DNA from: an uncultured Halobacteriales archaeon
Lineage (GTDB): Archaea > Halobacteriota > Halobacteria > Halobacteriales > CAZPIG01
NCBI GenBank assembly: GCA_964586205.1
Contig: CAZPIG010000002.1
Coordinates: forward strand, 10,658 to 59,436
Reading direction: 5' to 3'
Length of the DNA stretch: 48,779 nucleotides
Shown: positions 1-8,268 of the stretch, piece after piece
How positions within the stretch are numbered: position 1 is the stretch's first letter
Layout: every line of letters begins with the position of its first letter
Position numbers and translations under genes: made by a program
Notes under the pieces: generated by a model
Database searches by the model: none
The model's input: only the letters and a program-made list of their open reading frames with translations
Told to the model about the DNA's origin: nothing

Positions 1-72
1 CACCGCCGCCGTTTCCGCCACCGCCGCCGTTTCCGCCACCGCCGCCGTTTCCGCCACCGCCGCCGTTTCCGC
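1..72. repeat. Four perfect tandem copies of an 18-bp unit (caccgccgccgtttccgc), coding, truncated by window edge
   Basis: Direct reading shows positions 1-18, 19-36, 37-54 and 55-72 are identical. On the minus strand they encode the GGNGGG repeats at the C-terminus of the partial CDS. Confidence 0.95.
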
Positions 73-640
73 CGTCGTCCTGCCACCAGTCCTCGTCTTC
101 GAGGATGTCGTCCTCCTCGTCCTCGCCGACGGGCGAGAAGTTGACTGTTATCCATCGCGGATTGTTGCCGAACGGCGTCCACTCGCGGTCCATCTCCCAC
201 AGTTGGGGCTGGTCGGCGTCGTCGTCGGCGTCGGTGACGAACCCGAGTTCGTCGTCGTACTGGCCGATCTCCGCCTCCTCGGCGACCCATATCGGAACCA
301 CGTTGCCGGTGTTCTGCCACCGGATGAGCCGGGTGTTGTAGTCCGACCAGACGTCGTCGCGGACCTCCGGGAAGCTCGGGGCCCACTGCACCACGCCCGA
401 GACGAACGAGAACGTCGCGAACGGGTGGAAGTTGTCCGGGAAGATGAGGGCCTTCTGCCCCTCGACTATCTCCTGGCTCGCGGGCGGGCCGCCGTCGTCC
501 GCGGCGGCCGAGCCGGACGCGCCGAGGCCGAGGGCGGCGGCCCCCGAGGCGGCAGCGCCCTTCCGCATGAACGACCGGCGCGACTCGTCGTCCAGTACGT
601 CGGCGATGCTATCGGCTGTACCGGAGTTCTCGTCAGTCAT
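1..640 (-). CDS. Tat-signal secreted protein, 3' end beyond window edge; C-terminal (GGNGGG)n tail
   Basis: Reverse-strand ATG at 640-638. My translation reads MTDENSGTADSIADVLDDESRRSFMRKGAAASGAAALGLGASGSAAADD..., with twin-arginine motif SRRSFM followed by an A/G-rich h-region. The frame stays open to position 1. It is absent from the ORF track because no stop lies in the window. Confidence 0.75.
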   Translation of the reverse strand, partial: MTDENSGTADSIADVLDDESRRSFMRKGAAASGAAALGLGASGSAAADDGGPPASQEIVEGQKALIFPDNFHPFATFSFVSGVVQWAPSFPEVRDDVWSDYNTRLIRWQNTGNVVPIWVAEEAEIGQYDDELGFVTDADDDADQPQLWEMDREWTPFGNNPRWITVNFSPVGEDEEDDILEDEDWWQDDGGNGGGGGNGGGGGNGGGGGNGGG

Positions 641-853
641 GGGTACGGCACCACGTAGTAGACGCTCGGGCGGCAAAAGGTGGGAGAATCGTTGGGTTGA
701 CACGGTTCGGGTAACCCCGCCTTTGGTCGTTCGCGGGGACGCTCTTGGCTCGGCGTAATCGTCGGGAGCCCGAGGCGTGTAACGGCGGAGGGGTCGATTT
801 CGGACGCGTCCGTCCGAGAGCGTGACTTCCGTCGTCTCGCCACAGCGGCGTCG

Positions 854-1267
854 TCAGTCCCCGTACACGTACCCAGGTGGCGAGATTCCGGGGAGCCCGG
901 TTGGGCTGACGTCGACGTGGACGGACAGCCCGGGCTCCATCTCGCCGAGGTGCCTGGCGTCCCGCTCGCCCGTGGCGGTTTCGGCGACGATGCGGTAGCG
1001 GCCGGGGCGCTGGAAGCACCAGTCCTCGACCACCTCCGAGGGGTCTAGCTCGAACACCCGGCCGAACGGCCGCTCGTCTATCTCGACAGTGACCCGGAGA
1101 GTGTGGGGCTGGTCGTCCGCGTTCTCGACGGAGACGCAGAACGGCTCGCCCAGCGGCTCGTCGATGGGCGGCGGCGTTTCCGTGTCGGCACTTCCCGAGA
1201 CATCGAGGCAGCCGGCGAGGCTGGCGAGCGAAGCTACGGTCAGACCGAGGAGGGGACGGCGGTGCAT
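854..1267 (-). CDS. Small Tat-lipoprotein, paralog 1 of 3 (137 aa)
   Basis: Internal start MHRRPLLGLTVASLASLAGC (RR motif plus LAGC lipobox) within ORF 854..1453. The body shares ...PFCVSVEN..., EDWCF and RYRIVAETATGERDAR with the two neighbouring genes. Confidence 0.8.
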   Translation of the reverse strand: MHRRPLLGLTVASLASLAGCLDVSGSADTETPPPIDEPLGEPFCVSVENADDQPHTLRVTVEIDERPFGRVFELDPSEVVEDWCFQRPGRYRIVAETATGERDARHLGEMEPGLSVHVDVSPTGLPGISPPGYVYGD

Positions 1268-1293
1268 CTGTTCCGGGCGTGCTTGTGACGGTG

Positions 1294-1719
1294 TCAGTTC
1301 TTCACTCCTGGCGGCGACACCTCGACGCCGTTCCGACCACCCACGTCGACGCGGACGTACAACCCGGCCTCCATCTCGCCGACGTCTCTGGCGTCCCGTT
1401 GGCCCGTGGCGCTCTCGGCGACGATGCGGTAGCTGCCCGCCCGGTCGAAGCACCAGTCCTCGACGTACTCCGACGCGTCGAGGTCGAACTCCCGCCGGAA
1501 CGGCTGGCCGTCTATCTCGACAGTGATGGTCAGCGTCCGCGGCCGGTCGTCAAGGTTCTCGACGTTGATACAGACGGGGCGGGACAACGTCTCGTAGGGC
1601 GGCTCTGTCGGAGTGGTCGCAGTGGGCGTGCCATCGGGCGACGAGCCGATGCCGGTGATGCAGCCACCGAGACCGGTCAGGGCAGTCGTAGTCGTTGCTA
1701 GGAGGGTGCGGCGGTGCAT
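1294..1719 (-). CDS. Small Tat-lipoprotein, paralog 2 of 3 (141 aa)
   Basis: Starts MHRRTLLATTTTALTGLGGC (lipobox). Conserved Cys pair (PVCINVEN / EDWCF) and the YRIVAESATGQRDAR motif. Confidence 0.85.
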   Translation of the reverse strand: MHRRTLLATTTTALTGLGGCITGIGSSPDGTPTATTPTEPPYETLSRPVCINVENLDDRPRTLTITVEIDGQPFRREFDLDASEYVEDWCFDRAGSYRIVAESATGQRDARDVGEMEAGLYVRVDVGGRNGVEVSPPGVKN

Positions 1720-1753
1720 ATATTCGGGTTGTCGTGATTCCCGCCGGACGCGA

Positions 1754-2161
1754 TCACCTAGTCATGGGGGGCGAAACTTCCACGGTCCCGTCGCTCTCGA
1801 CTTCGACGTGGAGGACCCATCCCGGTTCAGCCTCGCCCATCGTCCGAGCGTCGTTCGCTCCGGCTTCTGTTTCCGCGGCGACCCGGTAGCGCCCGGCCCG
1901 GTCGAAGCATCGCTGCTCGAACGCTTCGCCGGCGGCGACTGCGACCTCCCGGTCGAAGACCTGCTGGTCGTTCACCTCGATTGTCACCGTCACGTCGTGA
2001 GACTGGTCGTCCTCGTTCTCCAAGCGGAGACAGACGGGGGCGGACAGCGTCTCGTAGGTGGGCGTCGTCGGCGTTTCCGTGTCGGCACTTCCCGGGACAT
2101 CGAGGCAGCCGGCGAGGCTGGCGAGGGTGGTGGTCGTGGCGAGGAGGGTGCGGCGGTGCAT
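1754..2161 (-). CDS. Small Tat-lipoprotein, paralog 3 of 3 (135 aa; alternative upstream start at 2194)
   Basis: Starts MHRRTLLATTTTLASLAGC. The EQMHRR context is the same as in paralog 1. Carries PVCLRLEN, RCFDRAGRYRVAAETEAG. Confidence 0.8.
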   Translation of the reverse strand: MHRRTLLATTTTLASLAGCLDVPGSADTETPTTPTYETLSAPVCLRLENEDDQSHDVTVTIEVNDQQVFDREVAVAAGEAFEQRCFDRAGRYRVAAETEAGANDARTMGEAEPGWVLHVEVESDGTVEVSPPMTR

Positions 2162-2206
2162 CTGTTCCAAGTTCGTTTTCGAAGTTGACTTCATTAAGTT
2201 ATCCCC

Positions 2207-2908
2207 TTACTGCTTATCGCCACCACCACCGCCGTTGGTATCACAATTGGTACCGAGGTCGTTCACGATGAACGAACGGACCGACCCCACGTTACAGCTA
2301 CTGTACTCCATCACTGTGTCACTAGCTGTGTTGCCGTCGCTATTACATCCGTACGTAACAGCCTTGTTTGCAGTGTACATCAGCGTGGCGTTGTCGTTCA
2401 GCCGGACCTGAGCGTCCTCGTGATCGCCTTGATATAGGTGGAGGTGCTCGTGTGCGGCGAGCCCCTCGGTTCCCTGACTCTGTATTACCGCCGGAAGTGT
2501 GTCACTGTTGTTTGGGTCCTCCCAGTATGCGTCCGCGAGCGCGGTAATGTTGTTATCGCAACCTGCTGTACCGCTCACTGTGACTCCATAGGTGTCGTCA
2601 TCCTCACCGAAGTGGTCTAGTACGACGAGGGAATCTTTGGCCGAATCGTAGTCGGTGTTGATGCCGATCCACTCGTCGACATCCTCCATGCGGTCGAAGA
2701 GGGTGGTGTTGCCATCGATATAACTTTCGGCAACCATGGTCGTCGTGTCCTTGTTCACGTCGGCGGTGTAGTTCCCGAACTCGTCGGTGACGTACCCCAG
2801 CCAGACGTTCGAGACGTACTGCCTGACGCTCTCTATCTTGTCCACCGGGTCACCGCTCCAGTTGTCGTGGAACGCCTCCGTCCCGAGGACGAGGACTTCG
2901 ACAGTCAT
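2207..2908 (-). CDS. Signal-less, Cys-containing metzincin-like protein (HEHLHLYQGDH motif)
   Basis: 233-aa ORF with AAHEHLHLYQGDHED, i.e. HExxH plus a His six residues later. It has 4 Cys and a GGGGGDKQ tail, and no signal peptide. GC is visibly lower than the flanks. Its start overlaps the stop of the upstream gene by 4 nt (2905-2908). Confidence 0.7.
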   Translation of the reverse strand: MTVEVLVLGTEAFHDNWSGDPVDKIESVRQYVSNVWLGYVTDEFGNYTADVNKDTTTMVAESYIDGNTTLFDRMEDVDEWIGINTDYDSAKDSLVVLDHFGEDDDTYGVTVSGTAGCDNNITALADAYWEDPNNSDTLPAVIQSQGTEGLAAHEHLHLYQGDHEDAQVRLNDNATLMYTANKAVTYGCNSDGNTASDTVMEYSSCNVGSVRSFIVNDLGTNCDTNGGGGGDKQ

Positions 2909-3675
2909 TGAGCATCACCTCCCCTCTCGACGACGACCACGTCGCCCGCGCGGGCGACCGCCTCCTCCGGGAGGTTCCCACGGAGCGCGTGGAGAGTTCG
3001 CTCCGCGACCACGTCGTTAGCTCCGACGGGAAACACGTCGACGTTCGGGCCTCCAAAGGCGGTCACGCGGCCGTGGTTGCGGACTCGCAGGCGCGGCATC
3101 ACCTCGACCGACGGCTCGTCGCGGGCGCGGACTGTCACCGTCCGCGGGGACAGCTCGATGCTCATTTCGTTCCCGGGGGCGACGACTACCCGCTCTCCAT
3201 CGGTCGCCACTTCGACCGCTTCACCGTCAGTCTCCACGGCCACCTCCGGAAGCGCGTGCTCCTCGGCGAGAGGCACCTTGCGAACGTCGAACCGTCGGAA
3301 GCTAGTGGAGGCCGTCAGCGACCTCGCGGTGTCCCCGTACAGGGTCGCCGGGAGGCCCACTGCATCAGCGCTCCGCCCGATGGCGACCGCGTCGCTGTCC
3401 CGAATCGTCTCCGGCGAGACCGAGAGCAGTCCAAGGTGACCGCGCGCCTCGTCCAGCGAGTACGGGATGCGCCGGTAGGCGACCGACTGCGGGTGCTCCG
3501 GCGCGCCGACGTGCTCCAGTGCCGTCTCAACGAACTGCACGCTCCCGAGACCGTGGTTCGACTGCGCCGTAGAAACGTCCGGAAGGGTCGTACCTGCGAT
3601 GGTGGCTCCGGTCGCGCCGCCGATGGAACGGAGTACGGTGCGCCTATCCACTCCGTGTGCATTAATTTTCGACAT
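2905..3675 (-). CDS. Tat-signal secreted protein (256 aa), co-oriented and overlapping with the metzincin-like gene
   Basis: Internal start MSKINAHGVDRRTVLRSIGGATGATIAG (RR motif) at 3675 within ORF 2905..3726. Acidic body. 4-nt overlap with the downstream gene. Confidence 0.7.
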   Translation of the reverse strand: MSKINAHGVDRRTVLRSIGGATGATIAGTTLPDVSTAQSNHGLGSVQFVETALEHVGAPEHPQSVAYRRIPYSLDEARGHLGLLSVSPETIRDSDAVAIGRSADAVGLPATLYGDTARSLTASTSFRRFDVRKVPLAEEHALPEVAVETDGEAVEVATDGERVVVAPGNEMSIELSPRTVTVRARDEPSVEVMPRLRVRNHGRVTAFGGPNVDVFPVGANDVVAERTLHALRGNLPEEAVARAGDVVVVERGGDAQ

Positions 3676-3887
3676 TCTACTGCTGCAAATGCGATAGTAA
3701 GCCACATATACATTTCCGCAATACACTTAGTGACCTCGCATCGAAGGCATCTAGTGACATAGAGTCACAACATTGGAACGGCTCGGTTCACTCGGGGGTT
3801 AGGTCCTGCTTCCAGCCGCAGTGATTGTCTCCTCAATTCCACCCGCGTCCGACACCCTAATACCCCACCGCACCGACCCTCCAACGA

Positions 3888-6389
3888 ATGGACGACGCCC
3901 CGGAGTGGCGACCCGTGTTCGGCCACGACGAGCCCTACGAGGGCCAGGCCGAGGGCATCGAAACCGCCGTCGGGACCGCCCGCGACGGCGGCTTCCTCGT
4001 CCTCGAGGGGGCCTGCGGGACCGGCAAGACGATGCTCGCGCTGACCGCGGGCATCCACCTCGTCCGCGACGGCGACTCGAAGTACGACCGCGTGGTCGTG
4101 CTGACCAGCGTCAAACAGCAGCTACGGCAGTTCGAGGCGGACCTCCGGACCATCAACGCGAACCTCCCGGACGACTGGGCCCCCGTGACGGGGCTGACCC
4201 TCGTCGGGAAGGCCGACGTCTGCCCGTACAACCGCGCGGGCGCGGGCGGCATCGACGACGAGAACGTCTACGAGCGCTGCGAGTCGCTGCGGGACCGCAC
4301 CCGCGAGCTAACGGGCGAGGACGGCTCGACCACGGCGGGGGCGCTGGCCAGCGAGGCCCGCAGCCAGCAGGTCGGACTGCTGGACACGGGCAGCGGGGGA
4401 CCGACGACTGGAACTGCCGACGGGCCGTCCACGAGCGGCTCCGCCGGCGCGGGTGCCGGCGACGGCACCGCCAGCGGCTCCACTGCGGGAGGCAACAGCG
4501 GCCCCGCCGCGGGCGGCGACGCCGCCGGCACCGCGGCCGCCGCCTCCTACCTCGAAGCCGCCGGCGAGATGGCCCCCTACGCGCCCGACATGCCCGAGGT
4601 CGACGACACCGAGTACTGCCCGTTCTACGCCCAGTACCTCGACGACCTCCCCGAGGACGGCGACCCCGCCGAGGCCGTCCCGTTCGACCTCACCGACGTG
4701 GGGCTGGTCGAGCCCGACGACCTCGTCGCGATGTCGGTCGAGTACGGCACCTGCCCGCACTCGATGATGGGCGCGCTCCAGGCCCACGCCGAGGTCGTCG
4801 TCGGCAACTACTACCACGCCTTCGACCCGACGACCGTCGCCTCGTTCACGGGCGCGCTGCTGGACGACAGCACCTTCGTGGTCTGCGACGAGGCGCACAT
4901 GCTGGAGCCGCGGGTCCGCGACCTCGTCAGCGACGCCGTCGGTGACGCGACCCTCCGGACCGCGGTGACCGAGCTGAACCGCGTGCTCTCGCCCCTGGAG
5001 GCCGACGAGAGCCCCGGCGAAGCGACCAGCGGCGCGGACGCGGTGACCCCCGACCTCGTCCGTGGGGAGTTGGCCGACACGGACATCTCCAGAAGCGAGA
5101 TCGAGGTTACCCGCGAGTTCGTCCGAGACCTGCGCGAGGAGCTGGACCGGCGGGTGACGGCCTACCTCGACCGCGAGCACGAGGGGTGGCGCGCGGACCT
5201 GACCGAGCTATCGGACGAGGAGATACCGCTGCGGGACCCCGAGCGACCCGCGCCGGACGAGATAACGAAGTGGGCCGCCGACGCGGGCTACGACGGCGGC
5301 GTCTGGGTCCGCGCTGAAGCAGTGGGGGCCATCGTGGCACGCATCCTGAACGAGGCCGACGACGAGGAGGCGACCCGCGCCGCGCCCGCCGTCGGGCGGG
5401 TGCTCGGCGCGTGGTACCGCGAGGACCACCAGCGCTACTTCCGGGAGATAACGCTCGACCGCACGTGGGACGACACCGAGCCGTCGGACTCGTGGCGGCG
5501 CGCGTACAACGCGCGGCTGGCGATGCAGAACTGCGTCCCCAGCGACGCCATCGGGAACCAGCTAGCGGAGTTCGGCGGCGGCGTGCTGATGAGCGCCACC
5601 CTCGAGCCCCTCGACGTGCTGACGGAGGTGACGGGCCTGAACCACCTAGAGAGCGAGGGCCGGCCCGTCGCCCAGCGCCGCCAGGGGCTGAACTTCCCCG
5701 CCGAGAACCGCGAGAGCTTCGCGGTCGCGGCCCCGAAGTTCACCCACGACAACCGCGGGCCGCCCGGGGGCGACAGCGCGGTCCGGGCGGTGTACGCCGA
5801 CGCCATCGCGGAGGTCGCCCGCTCGCCGGGCAACGTCCTCGTGGGGATGCCCTCCTACGGCGAGGCCGAGTGGGCCGCCCGCGTCCTGCGCGACCGGGTG
5901 GACAAGGAGGTGCTCATCGACGAGAGCAGCGCCGACGACGTGACCGAGGCGCTGAAGGAGCGCTTCTTCGCGGGCGACCCGAAGGTGCTGGTGACGAGTC
6001 TGCGCGGGACGCTGACCGAGGGCGTCGACTACGAGGGCGACAAGCTACGCGCCGCGGTGGTCTGCGGCGTGCCCATCATCAACACCGCGAGCGCGCGGAC
6101 CCGCGCGGTGCGGACGGCCTACGACGACGCCTTCGGCGACGGCTTCCGGTACGCGCTGTCGGTGCCGGCGGTCCGGAAGGCCCGCCAGGCGCTGGGCCGG
6201 GTCATCAGGGGGCCGGAGGAAGTCGGGGTGCGGGTGCTGGTGGACGAGCGCTACGCGCGGGAGTCGTGGGACAGCGTTCGTGACTTGCTGCCGCCCGCGG
6301 AGCGCGCGGAGTTCCAGCCGGTGAGTCCGGACATGGTGGGATTGGGGCTAGAGCGGTTCTGGGATGGGGTGGACGTAGACGAGGGGTGA
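3888..6389 (+). CDS. XPD/Rad3-family (DinG-like) ATP-dependent DNA helicase
   Basis: Walker A GACGTGKT and DEAH box VVCDEAHML. Four Cys spaced as in the XPD 4Fe-4S domain (DVCPYN, YERCESL, EYCPFY, GTCPHS). C-terminal helicase motifs (SATL, TSLRGTLTEGVDY, QALGRVIR). Confidence 0.9.
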   Translation: MDDAPEWRPVFGHDEPYEGQAEGIETAVGTARDGGFLVLEGACGTGKTMLALTAGIHLVRDGDSKYDRVVVLTSVKQQLRQFEADLRTINANLPDDWAPVTGLTLVGKADVCPYNRAGAGGIDDENVYERCESLRDRTRELTGEDGSTTAGALASEARSQQVGLLDTGSGGPTTGTADGPSTSGSAGAGAGDGTASGSTAGGNSGPAAGGDAAGTAAAASYLEAAGEMAPYAPDMPEVDDTEYCPFYAQYLDDLPEDGDPAEAVPFDLTDVGLVEPDDLVAMSVEYGTCPHSMMGALQAHAEVVVGNYYHAFDPTTVASFTGALLDDSTFVVCDEAHMLEPRVRDLVSDAVGDATLRTAVTELNRVLSPLEADESPGEATSGADAVTPDLVRGELADTDISRSEIEVTREFVRDLREELDRRVTAYLDREHEGWRADLTELSDEEIPLRDPERPAPDEITKWAADAGYDGGVWVRAEAVGAIVARILNEADDEEATRAAPAVGRVLGAWYREDHQRYFREITLDRTWDDTEPSDSWRRAYNARLAMQNCVPSDAIGNQLAEFGGGVLMSATLEPLDVLTEVTGLNHLESEGRPVAQRRQGLNFPAENRESFAVAAPKFTHDNRGPPGGDSAVRAVYADAIAEVARSPGNVLVGMPSYGEAEWAARVLRDRVDKEVLIDESSADDVTEALKERFFAGDPKVLVTSLRGTLTEGVDYEGDKLRAAVVCGVPIINTASARTRAVRTAYDDAFGDGFRYALSVPAVRKARQALGRVIRGPEEVGVRVLVDERYARESWDSVRDLLPPAERAEFQPVSPDMVGLGLERFWDGVDVDEG

Positions 6390-6410
6390 CGAACGCTCGT
6401 CGCCGCTCGC

Positions 6411-7793
6411 TCAGTCGATGAGTCGCTCGCGGACGGAGCCGGGCGAATCACCCGAGATACGGTTGTAGAGGCTCGTCACCTGCTCTTCAGTCATGCTCGC
6501 GATGATGTCGGCGACGACCCTGGCGCGCCGACGGTCCGCCTCGTCGCCGCCGTTCTCGTCGTTTATCGTCTCGATCTCGTCGTCGAACGGGGCCGGGATG
6601 ATCTCCGTCGTGCTTGAATCGGGGGCCGCGGCAGCGAAGAGCGTCTCGAAGACCTCGCCGATTATCTCCCGGTGGCCCTCCTGCTGGGCGACGAGCGTCG
6701 GGTGGTTGAACACGTAGTGCTCGGTCATGAACTTCAGCAGGAGTACCTCGTTCCGACAGACGTTCGGGACTGACAATCCGCCATTAGCTTTGGAATCGAG
6801 TGAGACGTCTATGTCCTCACTGATTCCGAGGTATCGCTCGACGAACGAGGACGTCAGGAAGTGCAGTGCGGCGTTCTCCTGCTTCGAGTTCTTGAACGGC
6901 GAGCGAAGGAAGTTCCGGTCGGTTCCGGCGACCGTCGCGATGTTCTCGACGTCGGTGGCCAGAAAGTCCAGGGCGTCCCAATCCCCAACTACGTCGTCCC
7001 CCTTCTCCTCGTCGAACGCGTCGATGAAGTCCGCGCGCTCCTCCGTATCTCGCAACAGTTCGCCGAAGGGGATGATTCCGGCGCGGTAGAAGTCCGCGAG
7101 GTCGTGGATGGCGTAGGCGAGGTCGTCAGCCCAGTCCATGATCTCCGCTTCGACGCACCGCTGCTCGCCGTCCGGCGGCGTTATCTCGCGTGCCGCCTCG
7201 AATTCGTCTTTCTCGCTGTGGTAGTAGCCCCACTTTTTCCTCTTCGTTCCACCGGTGGCCCGTCCCCACGGGTACTTCAGCATGGCATTCAGGGAGGCCC
7301 GGGTCAAATCAAGCCCGTCGAAATCAGTTGCGTTACTGTGGGTCGCGACGTGGTTGACGATGCGGAACGACTGGGCATTGCCCTCAAAGCCGTCGGGGAC
7401 GTCCATAGCGGTCGTCCGTTCGTCCAGTTCGGTTTCCGCGACGTGTCCGAACGGCGGATGGCCGAGGTCGTGGGCGAGCGCCGCGGTTTCGACTACGTCC
7501 GGGTCCAGACCGCCGATCTCGTCGAGAACGCCGCTCTCGTACTCGCCGTCTTCGACCTTCTGGAGCTGGTACTCGGCCAGGCGGCGACCCACTTGGGCCA
7601 CCTTCAGCGAGTGCGTCAGCCGATTGTGGTAGGTGTGGCTCTCCCCGACGTGGACCACCTGCGTGACCTCGCCGAGCCGCCGGAACGCTCTGCTGTACAG
7701 GATTCGGTCCCTGTCCCGCTCGAACGGCGACCGCTGGTCGTCGGCGTCGGGGCTGCCGTGTATCCGACGTTCCCGGAGCGGGAGACTGCCCAT
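6411..7793 (-). CDS. dgt: dGTP triphosphohydrolase-like HD-domain protein
   Basis: RSPFERDRDRILYSRAFRRLGEVTQV, NRLTHSLKVAQVGR and AALAHDLGHPPFGH are the classic dGTPase/HD motifs. Confidence 0.85.
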   Translation of the reverse strand: MGSLPLRERRIHGSPDADDQRSPFERDRDRILYSRAFRRLGEVTQVVHVGESHTYHNRLTHSLKVAQVGRRLAEYQLQKVEDGEYESGVLDEIGGLDPDVVETAALAHDLGHPPFGHVAETELDERTTAMDVPDGFEGNAQSFRIVNHVATHSNATDFDGLDLTRASLNAMLKYPWGRATGGTKRKKWGYYHSEKDEFEAAREITPPDGEQRCVEAEIMDWADDLAYAIHDLADFYRAGIIPFGELLRDTEERADFIDAFDEEKGDDVVGDWDALDFLATDVENIATVAGTDRNFLRSPFKNSKQENAALHFLTSSFVERYLGISEDIDVSLDSKANGGLSVPNVCRNEVLLLKFMTEHYVFNHPTLVAQQEGHREIIGEVFETLFAAAAPDSSTTEIIPAPFDDEIETINDENGGDEADRRRARVVADIIASMTEEQVTSLYNRISGDSPGSVRERLID

Positions 7794-7825
7794 AAAAAGA
7801 GGGCAGGAAGATAGGGAAGATAGTA

Positions 7826-8011
7826 TTATTGGTCTTCCAGCATGAGGTCCCAGTCCAGCGTGTACGAAACGTCGCCGCGCTCCATGAGTCCCCGCAGTGC
7901 GTGGAGCACCTCGCTCTCGGGGACACCGTTCATCTCCTGGAGGAGGGCGCTCTGGCCCATCGTGCCGCCCGAACTGGAGATCTTAGTTTTCACTTCGTCC
8001 TCTATCTTCAT
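7826..8011 (-). CDS. Small (61 aa) possible winged-helix protein immediately upstream of dgt
   Basis: MKIEDEVKTKISSSGGTMGQSALLQEMNGVPESEVLHALRGLMERGDVSYTLDWDLMLEDQ. A TATA-like gatatatac lies about 24-32 nt upstream of this ATG. The longer 75-aa start at 8053 would include the promoter. Confidence 0.55.
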   Translation of the reverse strand: MKIEDEVKTKISSSGGTMGQSALLQEMNGVPESEVLHALRGLMERGDVSYTLDWDLMLEDQ

Positions 8012-8034
8012 GCAAACCCCACGTGGGCTAGCTA

Positions 8035-8043
8035 GTATATATC
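8035..8043 (-). promoter_or_regulatory. TATA-like box for the 61-aa gene / dgt unit
   Basis: The minus strand reads gatatatac. It is followed by 23 nt and then the ATG at 8011, which is leaderless-type spacing. Confidence 0.4.
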
Positions 8044-8268
8044 TTTTATCCACTCTTCGTTATTGACCGGCTAGGTGGTGCTGAATCGACGGATGGCGCG
8101 AAGATGTAGCTTACTCGGGAATCGACGGAAGTGACGATGCGGACGTGACCACGGTCGAGTGTGCCGCCCCGAACCCACCCCTTCGTTTCAGGTGGAAATC
8201 GAAAGACGACGCGGTGACGATTCCCTCCGATAATCGCTCCGTGAGCGACGAGTCCACGCCCGCGATCC

